DNA of 64,000 bases, taken from the NCBI GenBank assembly GCA_964247055.1, contig OZ176050.1, forward strand, positions 12,834,001 to 12,898,000, read 5' to 3'. Below are positions 1 to 11,642 of the stretch, in pieces; positions within the stretch are counted from its first letter, which is position 1, and every line of letters starts with the position of its first letter. Origin of the DNA: Paragordius varius. Its lineage: Eukaryota; Animalia; Nematomorpha. The position numbers and the translations under genes were made by a program. Under the pieces are notes generated by a model that saw only the letters and a list, made by a program, of their open reading frames with translations, did no database searches and was not told the origin of the DNA.

Positions 1-152
1 GTGACCAGGTACCCCGAAAAAAAATAATTTTTTTAATAATATTATATGGTGAGAGTTAGAAATTGCTTCATCGACTGTTTTTATGCAAAATTTGGCTTTA
101 AATTTTAGAATGTTTTAATATTTTTCACTATATAATGCTTTCTAAATTAATA

Positions 153-190
<38 letters not shown>

Positions 191-298
191 TTTATATAAT
201 AAAATTCAAATTTATTTTATCTTATTTGGCTCAATTTATTAATTAAGAAGTTTTATTATACTTTTACCATTTAAATAATATCCTTATCATATTTCTAG

Positions 299-3200
299 TT
301 CTTCAAAGCACCTTCACATTTGCTCAATCAAGGTTATGTTGACGCAAATCATTCCCAAGGTTAGCATTTTAACCATTTTTTCAAGAAATTTAATCAATAG
401 AAATTTGATGATTTTCAATTTATTTAACTTCTTGGTAGAATTTTGCACCAACTATTTAGTTCAATTATATACAGTCCCTTATTCCCAAAATGAGATTATG
501 CAATACATAAATTATTTATTTATTAATTTTTTATATTAATGTATTATAATATTCTTTATATATTTAAATTTCTTTTCATTAATAATGTTGGAGTATTTTC
601 TTTTATACCCTAAAATAAACAAATATCTAACTAACCTATCATCTAAAAATTTGAAAAAGTCTACAATGAATGATTTAAAACTTTTTATATGAGCGGGATA
701 GGAGGTTTACCATATAATATACGAATTACAGTTTCAACTCACCCTAAAAATAAATTATGTGTTTTTGAGCTAATATAACTTACTAATAATATTAAATCTA
801 TCTTTATTATATAGTTATCATTTTTTCAGTATTATTTTAATTTAAAACAAAATTTTATTGTTTAAAATATATAAAAATATAGGGAATTTTTAATCTTAAA
901 AAACATATATTACATTTGAGGGTGAATTTGAATTGTTCAAGGGTGAAAATGAATTGTAAATGGTATATATATTTCATATCATACCACATATAGTAAAAAC
1001 TGATTTTGAAAATGTTAACGACGAAAATGCTCAAATGCAGTTTGATGCCTTCGATGAGCTGTGTCAAGAAAGGTCTCTTGCATTTTCTGAAAAGACAAAT
1101 TCTAGCAATGGCCCAGACTCCAGAAATAATTCAACTTTTAGTAGCGCTGAAGGAAATGGGTAAAATTTTATTTTAACTGAAATTTGAATTTTATCCAATT
1201 TGAGGACAAAAACATATAATAATGAGTGGTGGGATTGTAAAATAAGTTTATCTATATATATATTTTTGGATTGTTTTAAAATATTTAAGAATATACTATT
1301 AACAGTTTAAATCACCCCTGAAAAATTCAAAGTTACCCTCGAACAATTTTAATTTATAAATTAGGTGTTATTTAAGAATTAAAACCTTTATTTTATAATA
1401 TTTTTAAAATATGAAAATCTGTTTAAAATTAATATAATGCTGAAAAAATAATAAATGTCGTAAAAATATATTTCATATTAATGATGAGTAATACTATCCC
1501 GAAAACACATAATTTATTTTTAGGGTCAATTTGAAATGTAAATGGTATATTTAAAATGACAATTAAAAACTACTGAATAAATAACACGGAAAACGTTATG
1601 GTAAGCTTAAAATATATAAAAGATAGTCATTAGTATAATTCAAAAAAACTCTGTTTATTTTTTCATAAATTGACAATTTTTTGCGACTTTTTATCACATT
1701 TTTTAGATTTAAGATATGAATATGATTTGAGAGACCCTAAGAATTAATCAGTTGGTATTATAAGGCCTTTTTTATATAGAAAAGTATATTTTCTGATTAT
1801 TTAAACTTTAAACCTCTTTTTATAGTTCGACCGAAAATACGCCACAAAAGATGTATTCACATTCTGCATTTAGCCCTTCTTTTGAGGATTTTACCCATGA
1901 TGAAAACATTAACCAGTACAGATTATGTTTAAAAATGTTAAATAATATCTATATTATATTCAATTTTTCTCAGCAGTCTATAATAATTTATATATTCAAC
2001 ATATTATCTTTTTACATTGTTTTGTGTTCCTTATAAATTCCAACTATCTATTTAAATGATGAGCATTTAATACATGATTTATTTTTTCGTAAAATAAAAT
2101 TATAGGCGTTGTTTATTCTAAAAAGCCTTTATAAGGAGGGACGATCTAGTATATATGATTAAAATAAGTTTTTCCTTAAATTTATTAATTTTAGCAAAAA
2201 TTGCACCACTGCCGTTTATATGGATTCTAATGGTCCTGTTTATACCACAGAGACCGGAGCATATCCTAAACGTAATAAATATGGTGGAAAAAGTATGTTG
2301 TTTAATAATATTTTTTATGCAATTATATTGGTTATTAACAATTATTTTATTTTAATAAATTTGATTACACATTTTTTGTTCTAGAAACTTCCACAACCTT
2401 GCTTCTAAACGATCACAATAAAACAACGTCATATGAGGATTTATCATTCATTACGAAACAATGTATGGAATTACACAGAGATTTTGAAACTGATCAATTT
2501 AACTCCAATCCTGCTTGTGACGATAAAAATTATAATAAAGGTTGGTTTTTGTTTAATAAATTATCGAAATTTGGTTAATAAGCGTGTTTTTCGTTCTTTG
2601 ATATTTATTTATATTTAAATTGTTTAACCAAATCATTTTCTTTATTATTTTTTAAACCTTGGTTATTTTCAATTCAACCTATTTTTGTTGCGAAATAAAT
2701 TATAGAAATGTAAATTGTTAACACACCTAATTTTTTATGTAACAACTGTTAGCATTGTTATATATATAATTAAGGTTTAAAAAGAAATTCGTCTTTATTG
2801 CTTTCGTTTTGACTTTGCGTAAAATTTTACAGTAAAAATTGAAATTATACGGACAAAACGTAAAAATATAAAGACAAATTTCTTTCTAAAAGCCAACACT
2901 TTTTGAATTCTCATTGTTTCAATCTGTAAAGTGGGAATTAAGATGTAAAATGATAACACAAGCAATTTATATATTATGGATTGTAATTAAATTATTTTAA
3001 TAGGATAAATTAAGGATGTTTGAAAAAGTGTTATTGTCTAATGGAAAAAAATTTGTCTTTATTTCATTTACCTTTTGTCCGTATAATCTCAATTACATAT
3101 TTTGTACGTTGTATGATAAAATACCATATCTGTGTATTCTCTAATATGTTAGAATCTCAATCTCACACACAACAACATGTTAGTGGTCTAGATGGCTGTT

Positions 3201-6200
3201 TTTCTACACAATTTTCGGCGTTTAATAATGAACCAGACGATTTGACCGAGGATCAAAATAGCGATGATCTTGAATGGAATAGTCAGGACCTAAAATCGTT
3301 AACTGATGAAAATTATGATGAAACAACTGTTTCAAAACCTCACCTTCAAGATGCTAATATTGGGAATATTTCAACACCAAAAAATAACGCAACATGTAAT
3401 CATATGACAATGCAACAACCAAAGGATATCCAAAATATATCAGGTAATATTTTGTACGAAATTTGTAAATTGAAATGATTTATAATGCGTTAATTGGATA
3501 TGTATTTAAAAATATTAGTGTTTAAATTAGAACCCTAGTAAAGGCGCATTTTTTAGGAAAGTTGAAAAAGGAGGAAATTAACTTTTATAAATATGTTTAA
3601 GCAAAGTATCTTTTAATCTTTCAAATTGTTTTTTACAGTTCACGGAATATTCTATAGTATGTCACCAAAGGACATTATAAATTGATAATCTTTAAGCTAT
3701 AATACTGTATCATTTTAAATATATTAAGATTTAATATCAGCCTTATTATGTATTACATTTACAATTTTTACTTAGCTCATAAATGTATAATTATATAATA
3801 TATAAATTGATATTAGTATGCATTTTATTGGTTTCTTATTTCATACTAAAGTTGATCAATTTGCAACACAATAGTTTATGGAAAAAGAATGCGAAAAATC
3901 GTTTATTCAACATTTTATTGTTTTTCCAAACTACACAACTGTGTTGCAAATTGCACAACTATGGTGTGAAATAAACAACCGTTAAAATGCATACTGTATA
4001 TTTCACAGATAACACGAAACATAAGAAAACTGGTACGTTAAAATCTCTCGTTAAGACAAAAACCGATAATTGCTTGGAAAATTTGGATGATTTTTCACCA
4101 ACAATCGAGCTGGCAGACATTAAAAGTGGCGATTTTTTAACCATCGAAACTGATAGAACTCTACAAAGGTAATATATTGTTTTTAATATTATTTGCACAA
4201 TTTTAAATTTTCTTGGTGGAGCAGCATATATGTAATTTTTCAAAATTTTTAGTGATAAATTAGCTTGACTGCTTATGATAATCAGTCGCATTACGTATTG
4301 CTAATTAATACAAACTAATTTTTTGAAAGATATTTAATGTAAATCAAAATTTTTAGATTTTGTATTTAATGGGCCTGCTGAATAAAAATAAGCACCTACT
4401 GGGTAGTAGGTGCTTGATAGTATGTACCAGTTTTTGAGAAAACATTGAATAAAAATAGGTGCTTACTATCATGTACGTACTTAAGTCTTTAGTATGTGTA
4501 AAATGTTTATTTTCATTTTGTTTTTTGTTAGTTTTCGATTTCATTCATAAAATGCGTTTGAAAAATTCATAAAGAAAATTAGAAAGTCTAACTTTTGGAA
4601 AATAAATATCGATTATCTACCCATATTTTTAAATAATGCATTTATTAATACACATTTATTCATAAATACACAAAAAATAAATCAAAATAATGTTTGAACA
4701 ATTGAATCTCGTTTCATTTTGCCAGCCTAGAATATTTGGGTTAGATCAATATTTGCTTCACAATCCTCCACATATTCAATATCAAAATATGAATTACTAT
4801 CAAAATCTGTTAAGGGCTCGTTAATATATTAGGATACATTATGTAATATGGAACTTAATATAAGTTTTGTGATTCGTTCTGGACTTAAACGAATTTCGTT
4901 ACCAAGTATAGGAAATCGGGTCTTCATTCGACCGAAAACCCGCGCTCGATACTGCTTCTTTCAGAACAATGTAATTTATTGAATTTTTTCCGTTATCGAT
5001 CATCGTATTTTTGAAGGGGGTTAGGAGCCAGGGTGATAGTGGATATCCATTATCACCCAACAAACAAAAATCTTTGCACATATATGACTGAACAATCGTG
5101 TTTTGCCATATCCTTGAATCATGTGCAGATCCTGGCCATTGTGCATCCACGGATGTAATTTCTTCATTGGCATTACATGTAAATTGTACATTGAGGGTAC
5201 ATCGACCCTTTCGATTTATATAGGCCTCAACATTTTCTTTAGGTCTTAATATTTCAAAGTATGAACAATCAATGCAACCAATAGCAGTAGGCATTTTATA
5301 TTTGGATAGCCATATTTTATTCGCCATAAGCTCTTCAAATGACTTGGGAATTTTTACCCAATGAGATTTTGATACTATTTCGTCCATAACTTTAGGTATA
5401 TTTTGCATATTGTGGAACTATGAACATTAACATCATGTCCTATACCCGCTTGATATCCCGGATCTCCAAGAAATCTTAACACAAAATCTAGATTTATGAT
5501 ATATTACCTCCATTTGCATCCTGGGAGTTAGTTTCCTTAAAGATATATTTAATTTTTAACCAAAATATGGAAAGGTCATTTTATCTTATAACTCGAATTT
5601 GAATAAATCGGTGGTTTTTTATATAGAAAATAGCTTCATTCAAAAATATTCTCTCAAATATATAAAATTTAAATGTTTATAAAATAAAATTAAGGTCATT
5701 ATAAAGTATATAAACTCAAATATTTTACACAAAAATGAAATAATCGAAGAAAATTATATGATTGTGGACATTCTTGAAAAAAAACCAATATTTTTTAACA
5801 AAAGTATTAATCTCTGCAAATTGAACTCCCAAAGCTTAAAATAGAGAAGGAAAAAAATTATTATTAATAATAAAACAAATAATATTTAATTAATATAAAG
5901 TTTATATATATATATATATATATATATGAATCATGTAATTTAAAAAAACATTTATCTTAGAATTATAAAAATATAACCGATATTTTTTTAAGTGAAAAAA
6001 TAATAGTTTAAAATGTTGCCATTTACCAGCTTAAAAAAAACCAGTAAGTACTAGGTAAAATTTGTAAAAAGACAATTTTTATTCAATGATATTTGTCAGT
6101 AAATACTGGTAAACATAGTACGTACTGGATAGTAAAAGCAATATATTTTTTTATTCAATACATAGCTAGTATATACTGGAAAAAACCTAGTTTTTAGCAT

Positions 6201-7545
6201 ATACTAGCTTTTATTCAGCAGGCCCAATATATAACTAATAACCAAATTGAACGAGTAACTTTATTTTGTTTCGTTTATAGTTAATGAACATATATTTCTC
6301 AGTTTTTGTGTTAAAGATATTGCTTTTGATTCTGATTGACTGCATTTATAAGAGTTCGGATTATTTATATTTGAAAAAAATATTTTTATAACCAATTATA
6401 GATCTTCAACGCCAGAAAATTTACATAGGGATCCGTTAATTACACGGTTAGCACAAGAAGGAGATGAGGTTTCACATGAAAATCTAAAGGAAAACCCTAC
6501 ATTACCGATTATTTCAAGTTTTATTATTTACAATTTTTATTTCAGTTTTTACTGTTTTACCATCTAAAACTATATACAGTCATGTATGCTTTATTTTATC
6601 AAAAATTTATTTTCTCGTTTAATGGGTATAAATTAATGTTAAGAAATGGAAAAAACCAGAGCTCTATGGTTCTAACAATATCATATTCATCAAAGTAGTA
6701 TGAGAATTACCATGGAGCTCTTGTTTTTTCCATTCTATACCAAATATTTATACCCATTTAACGAAAGAAAATAAATTTTTGATAAAATAAAGGATACATG
6801 ACTGTATTTGTCGACATTGGAAAATTTTATATTTATACCACAAAATGATTGCTATTTTTTATACGCGAAATTAGATCTGGATAAATTAAGTTTGAAATCA
6901 AATAACAACCCTTCAACTCCAAACGGTGTAATAAAGGGCCCAATTAACGAAGATCCTTGGTCTATTGATGATTCTAGCTTGGAAAAGAGCACTACACCAC
7001 AGTATTCACAAGTAAAATTTATACAATCTATATATATATATATATATATTAATAAAATTTATTTTTACCGTTAAATTTTAAACCCATTTCAAATTTTAAA
7101 ATATGCATTCGATGGCCTTGTAAAATATGGAAATTGTAAAAAAAACCAGTCTCAATCTTTTTGTAGTCAACTACTTCTTAAATCCTTTTGTTAAATCGCT
7201 AAAAAACTGAAAAATATAATTTTTAAATTGTTTCTTATTGGATTTGGAGGCTCTTTATATTTAAGATTATAAAGTTAAAAAATTATATTATATAAGTTTA
7301 TAGTGTTTAATTATTATATTTTTAATAATTCGAACTTTAATTTAATATTTTTTAGCAAGTTATAACCTTGGAAAAAAATCCTCAAAATTTTTCCATAAAA
7401 ATCCCATTTGTGATGAAATATATTAATAAATAAAACTTATATATATTATTAGACGAAAAACCTTGATAACGGTAAAGATTCAACAAATATCAACAATACC
7501 AAAGATGAAACTAATAGCAAATTAATGTGGGATGATGATTTTTAG
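299..7545 (+). CDS. 3' part of an unassigned, low-complexity S/T/N/D/E-rich protein; the gene starts upstream of the window
   Basis: Phase-consistent GT-AG exon chain: 299-332, 994-1159, 1826-1915, 2195-2292, 2385-2540, 3153-3443, (3639-3656 optional), 4009-4168, 6402-6517, 6875-7011, 7453-7545. Ends ...NSKLMWDDDF* (TAG 7543-7545). No domain recognised. Confidence 0.8.
720..965. mobile_element. MITE, TACCATTT family, copy 1
   Basis: Right end GGGTGAATTTGAATTGTTCAAGGGTGAAAATGAATTGTAAATGGTA|TA, degenerate left end. Same internal sequence as the copies at 1294, 42038, 44433 and 45794. Confidence 0.7.
1294..1547. mobile_element. MITE, TACCATTT family, copy 2
   Basis: Right end GGGTCAATTTGAAATGTAAATGGTA|TA. 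Left subterminal repeats of the CACCC..GAA.AATTCAAA type. Confidence 0.7.
2830..3094. mobile_element. Tc1/mariner-type MITE (CAGTAAAAATTGAAATTATACGGACAAAA TIR)
   Basis: TA|CAGTAAAAATTGAAATTATACGGACAAAA ... TTTTGTCCGTATAATCTCAATT. Second copy at 43619-43877. Confidence 0.7.
4371..6225 (-). mobile_element. PIF/Harbinger DNA transposon (defective) in an intron of gene 1
   Basis: Perfect 17-bp TIR GGGCCTGCTGAATAAAA / TTTTATTCAGCAGGCCC and 3-bp TSD AAT (4368-4370, 6226-6228). Contains a transposase remnant and subterminal TACTGG/CCAGTA-like motifs. Confidence 0.92.
4899..5510 (-). pseudogene. Harbinger (HARBI1-like, DDE_Tnp_4) transposase, frameshifted and truncated
   Basis: Motifs AIGCID, YINRKG..LNVQ..C, WPGSAHDSRIW, LLGDNGYPLSPWLLTPF. 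The upstream frame FVLRFLGDPGYQAGIGHD is joined by a frameshift. Confidence 0.9.
6577..6804. mobile_element. Palindromic Tc1/mariner-type MITE (CAGTCATGTAT TIR)
   Basis: TA|CAGTCATGTAT...ATACATGACTG|TA. Arms are complementary over most of the 228 bp. A second copy at 48687-50338 is interrupted by a hAT element. Confidence 0.88.
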
Positions 7546-7669
7546 ACATAAAATCAAAATTTATGCCAACAATATTTGAAAAATATTTTCCCTGCACCAA
7601 TAATACGTCCATACACCTCTCGATTTTACATAAAACACATAAATTAATTATTTTCAATATTATGAGGAT

Positions 7670-7709
<40 letters not shown>

Positions 7710-7975
7710 TATTTATCAATACCAAATTATATGAATTTTCGATATACACACAACCCTTTTGTAATCCAATTTTATACGTCAAAAAATGTGCCTTTCTTAT
7801 TATAAATATACTTCAATAACTTCCCTAATATGGCAAAAGTATCATACTACAAGAATCAAACAGCTCTACATATAGGTCTAATTTAACAATAACTTACAAA
7901 GTTATAAAATAAATTTATTAAATAGTTTATATTTATACAAAAAATATTTAACTGTGTGTGAATTTTAAATGAATG

Positions 7976-9592
7976 TCAATCCGCCTTTATTTCTGCGTAA
8001 CGCCAATCACCTTTTTCAAATAGGGTTACAGAAAAGTCCCAACCAAGTTTTCTATTGCAGATTTCATAAAATGAGGGGAAAAGCTGTTTTACCGTTTCTT
8101 TTGAAGCATTTAATATGTCCGCTTTGAATCGGTCGAAATTTCCAGATTTTTTCATTTCAAGGGCAATCAATAATTGTATGATTTGGCAATGAAATAAAGC
8201 TTGGAGCTCTATTTTAGCTGTTGTTTCAGTTGATAAAAACACATATAAATTATATGGTGTTAAACAATTCCAAGAGTTTTTTACTGTATGTTGTATTGCG
8301 ATTCGGTAACCATCCTCTTCATATGTCTCAATTTCTTTCACAAAGCATTCTGCATAAACGGATAAATCTGCCCCTAAATAAACGCATCTTTCCAAAGCGG
8401 GTGTTACCAAATTTAATTTTGGGTAGGTGTAGTATGATCTGTCAAAAACTGTTAATTTTTCATTTTGATTGATTGGGTCAATAGCTGCTTGTTGGATTAT
8501 GTTATCGACACTTGCGTCATTTTTTACTTTGAATTGTTCATGGCTTTTCAACAAATTTTGATCCAAATATTTTGTTAGCAGGCCATTGTAACGCCGTAAA
8601 TTAACGCGTGTCATTCGTATGCATTTAAGTGCCTTGTAATTTGACCAGACATGACATGCGATAAGAATGAAAAAGGTACACCAGGTTATGGTTAATTCAA
8701 GCGAGGAGTTAATCTTATTTGCCGCTTTAAGCGCTGGAAACAGGAACGAAATGGTAAATATAAGGGCTATGAGATTAACTAAAGTTTCTTGACTCCCATC
8801 CTTGGCAGCAATGTCTGCCGAATTATTTGCGCGACTTTGATGTTGAATTAGGGCTGCGCGGGTTCCCGAACCAGCGACACCTACACAAGCTCTCATAACG
8901 CTAGCAAAGCATAAAAGAAAAACCAAATTCCAATTTATGGCATGGGTTGATGATTGTTCATGAACAAATTTTATCGGTTGATCCCAATTCAAAGAGGTGG
9001 ATTCATTATGTTTACACGTAACTTCAAAGAGTGACGATGAAATCAAGGGTAAAAATTCGCACGTGGCTTTAATGCAACGGTTTAAACAAATATGATATAA
9101 CGCAGCAATTAGGGCAAACAAATTATATTTAGAGAAGATGGGAGCCAACATTTCTATAAGTAGCGATGCATCATTAAGAATATCTGCGAATAACCGCCAC
9201 TGTTTTAAGTTATAATCTAAGCAGGTTCCCGTATAAACTGCAAAAATTATACCACCCATCATGCCTACCCCATTTTTAAGGATCCAATTAAATGTGGCGC
9301 CTAAAGTGGAAGCAAATGGGTCTCCAACGCCTAAGCCCATTAATACTGCCCTTGTTGACAAAGTTCCACATATCGAACTACAAAATGCCTGTACCGAATC
9401 CCAAATTTGGTAATTTAAATAGTCAGGACTTACAGTATTTGGATAACCTTTGGGTAAAAAAACATCATAAAACCATTGTTTAAAAGATTTATTTGAATTT
9501 AATTGTCCTTCTATTGTAATTGTAGCGTCACTACTATTTAATTTGACAAAAGCGTGCTTCTTATTTTTGTAAAACTGTCGTAAAATTACCAT
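7976..9592 (-). CDS. RUSF1: RUS family member 1 (DUF647 / C16orf58), 538 aa, no intron in the CDS
   Basis: Motifs VFLPKGYPNTVSPDYLNYQIWDSVQAFCSSI, KQWRLFADILND, TRAAL..HQ...NN.AD..AKDGSQETLVNL. Confidence 0.93.
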   Translation of the reverse strand: MVILRQFYKNKKHAFVKLNSSDATITIEGQLNSNKSFKQWFYDVFLPKGYPNTVSPDYLNYQIWDSVQAFCSSICGTLSTRAVLMGLGVGDPFASTLGATFNWILKNGVGMMGGIIFAVYTGTCLDYNLKQWRLFADILNDASLLIEMLAPIFSKYNLFALIAALYHICLNRCIKATCEFLPLISSSLFEVTCKHNESTSLNWDQPIKFVHEQSSTHAINWNLVFLLCFASVMRACVGVAGSGTRAALIQHQSRANNSADIAAKDGSQETLVNLIALIFTISFLFPALKAANKINSSLELTITWCTFFILIACHVWSNYKALKCIRMTRVNLRRYNGLLTKYLDQNLLKSHEQFKVKNDASVDNIIQQAAIDPINQNEKLTVFDRSYYTYPKLNLVTPALERCVYLGADLSVYAECFVKEIETYEEDGYRIAIQHTVKNSWNCLTPYNLYVFLSTETTAKIELQALFHCQIIQLLIALEMKKSGNFDRFKADILNASKETVKQLFPSFYEICNRKLGWDFSVTLFEKGDWRYAEIKAD

Positions 9593-9689
9593 GCTGTTAA
9601 AACTTTATACATTCACATATCCAGCCGTATAAAATAAATATATTTATGTTAATTTTTTGGCTAGTTCAAACATTAATATCGCCTTTTAA

Positions 9690-10262
9690 CACTTGGAGAC
9701 AACAACTCACTTTAGTCCTTCGATTTAAATTGGGCTAGTTGGATAACCCAGGCCTGTTTAAAATTAAATACTTTAAAAAGTATGGAAGGAATCGAAACCA
9801 TGGCAAAATTTTGAACTTATATAACATTTATAAACCCAAATATATAAAAAATTTTATTCAAAAATACTTGATATTACTTATTTTAAGCTAAAACCTAAAG
9901 GTTAAAATTTCGTCAACGTGACATGTGTCAAATTGTAAAATTAAAAAAACACAAAATAAACCGCTTCTATTTCTATTAATGTTAGATGTAATTTATATAA
10001 AAAATTAGCTTTAGTTTCACCCTTAAAATTAATTGAAACGATGTTTTGCAATAAATTTATGGAATAAAAATGGCGTCGAAGTAGTTTGAGATGGAACTTT
10101 TTTTCAAAACAAAATTTTATCAAGATATTTTGGCATATATATAATTTTTATCAGGATAGAAGCATAAATTTAAATTGGGCCCGTTTCCTTCAATAGTTTT
10201 TTAAAAATATGAATTTGAAATTAGTCTGGGGTATTTAAATACCTTTTATTTGAATCGAAGTG
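9690..10262 (+). mobile_element. piggyBac-like MITE, copy A (TTAA TSD)
   Basis: TTAA|CACTTGGAGAC...GAATCGAAGTG|TTAA (TTAA at 9686-9689 and 10263-10266). About 570 bp, non-coding. Confidence 0.8.
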
Positions 10263-10624
10263 TTAAAGGCATTATTAACAAAATATTTCCTAATATTAAA
10301 TTGCATCCCAAATTTTTTTCCTTATCTTCTCATGTTGTTGTTTAGAAACTAGTCGCGTAGCTACTCTTGCTTTTTTCAGAAAATATTTTTTCATTTCTAG
10401 ACGATCTTGTAACTTTCGAATCATTTAGGAGAGGGTAAGGTTAACTGAATTAATGATATCGAGAAACCGCGTTTTACGGCGGGCGATTTTGCGGGCCCTG
10501 TCGACCAATATCAGAATAAATTTTTTTTGCTTTTGTAGTGATTTAAGGATAAATATAGTTTTCATATAACCGCTCCATATCATAAAATAAAAGCGCTCAT
10601 TCTGAGAGTTATTTTTTGTCTTAA

Positions 10625-11179
10625 CACTTCGATTTAAATTGGGGCTAAATACCCCAGACTAAATTTAAATTAATATTTTTAAAGTAATTTATATTTATGC
10701 TTCTATCCTGATAAGAATTATATAAATATGTCAAAATAGCTTGATAAAATTTTGTTTTGAAAAAAAAATTCCTTCTCAAACTACTTCGACGCCATTTTTA
10801 TTTTACAAAATTTTTGCAAAATATCGTCTTCATTTAATTTTAAGGGTAAAACTAAAGCTAATTTTTATATAAATTACATCTAACATTGATAGAAATAAAA
10901 AAAGGTTTATTTTGTATTATTTTTTAATTTTACAATTTAACACATGTCACGTTGACGACATTTTTATATTTCGGTTTTAGCTTAAAATAAGTAATATCAA
11001 GTATCTTTGAATTAAAATTTTTATATATTTCGGTTTATTAATGTTATAAAAGTGCAAAATTTTGCCATGGTTTTGATTACTTCCATACTTTTTTAAGAAT
11101 TTGATTTTAAACAGGCCTGGGGTATTTAACTACCCCAATTTGAATCGAAGGACTAAAATGAGTGTGTTGTATCCAAGTG
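10625..11179 (-). mobile_element. piggyBac-like MITE, copy B (inverted relative to A)
   Basis: TTAA|CACTTCGATTTAAATTGGGG...GTATCCAAGTG|TTAA. The interior is the reverse complement of copy A. Confidence 0.82.
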
Positions 11180-11642
11180 TTAATGTTTCATTCCAAATAA
11201 TATCATTAAATATGATAAACTACATATAACAACATTATATTTTTATATAATTATAATTTTCAGATGTGGGATCCAAAAGTCCCAAATTTCCCCTTAAAAA
11301 TGGCCTAATTCTCTTTAACACGATAATGACGAGATTAAGCGATAGGAATGAATATATGTCAAATTTGACATCAAAAAAGATTTTGTTCTAAATTGTCGCT
11401 ATAATTTATAACTAAGTCGGCTAAATTTGGTTAAATTTTTGAAAAATTTTTCACATAAATTTAAAAAACTATTCATCAAAACTTTAAGGAGATAGAAATG
11501 TATTAACGAATTATATAAAAGTGTTTTTATAATATTAAAAAACGTGGAGTATAAAAAATAACTGATAAAGTGTATATAATCTGTTAAGAAAATGCATTAG
11601 GATTATATGTTGATATTGGTTTTGGCCCTTACGAGTAATTTA

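Noticed and set aside
11264-11290. Recurring GA(T/C)GTG(G/A)GCTC.GAAA motif (also near 13358, 32138, 37107)
   Set aside because: Probably part of another repeat family, but I could not define boundaries, TIRs or a TSD.
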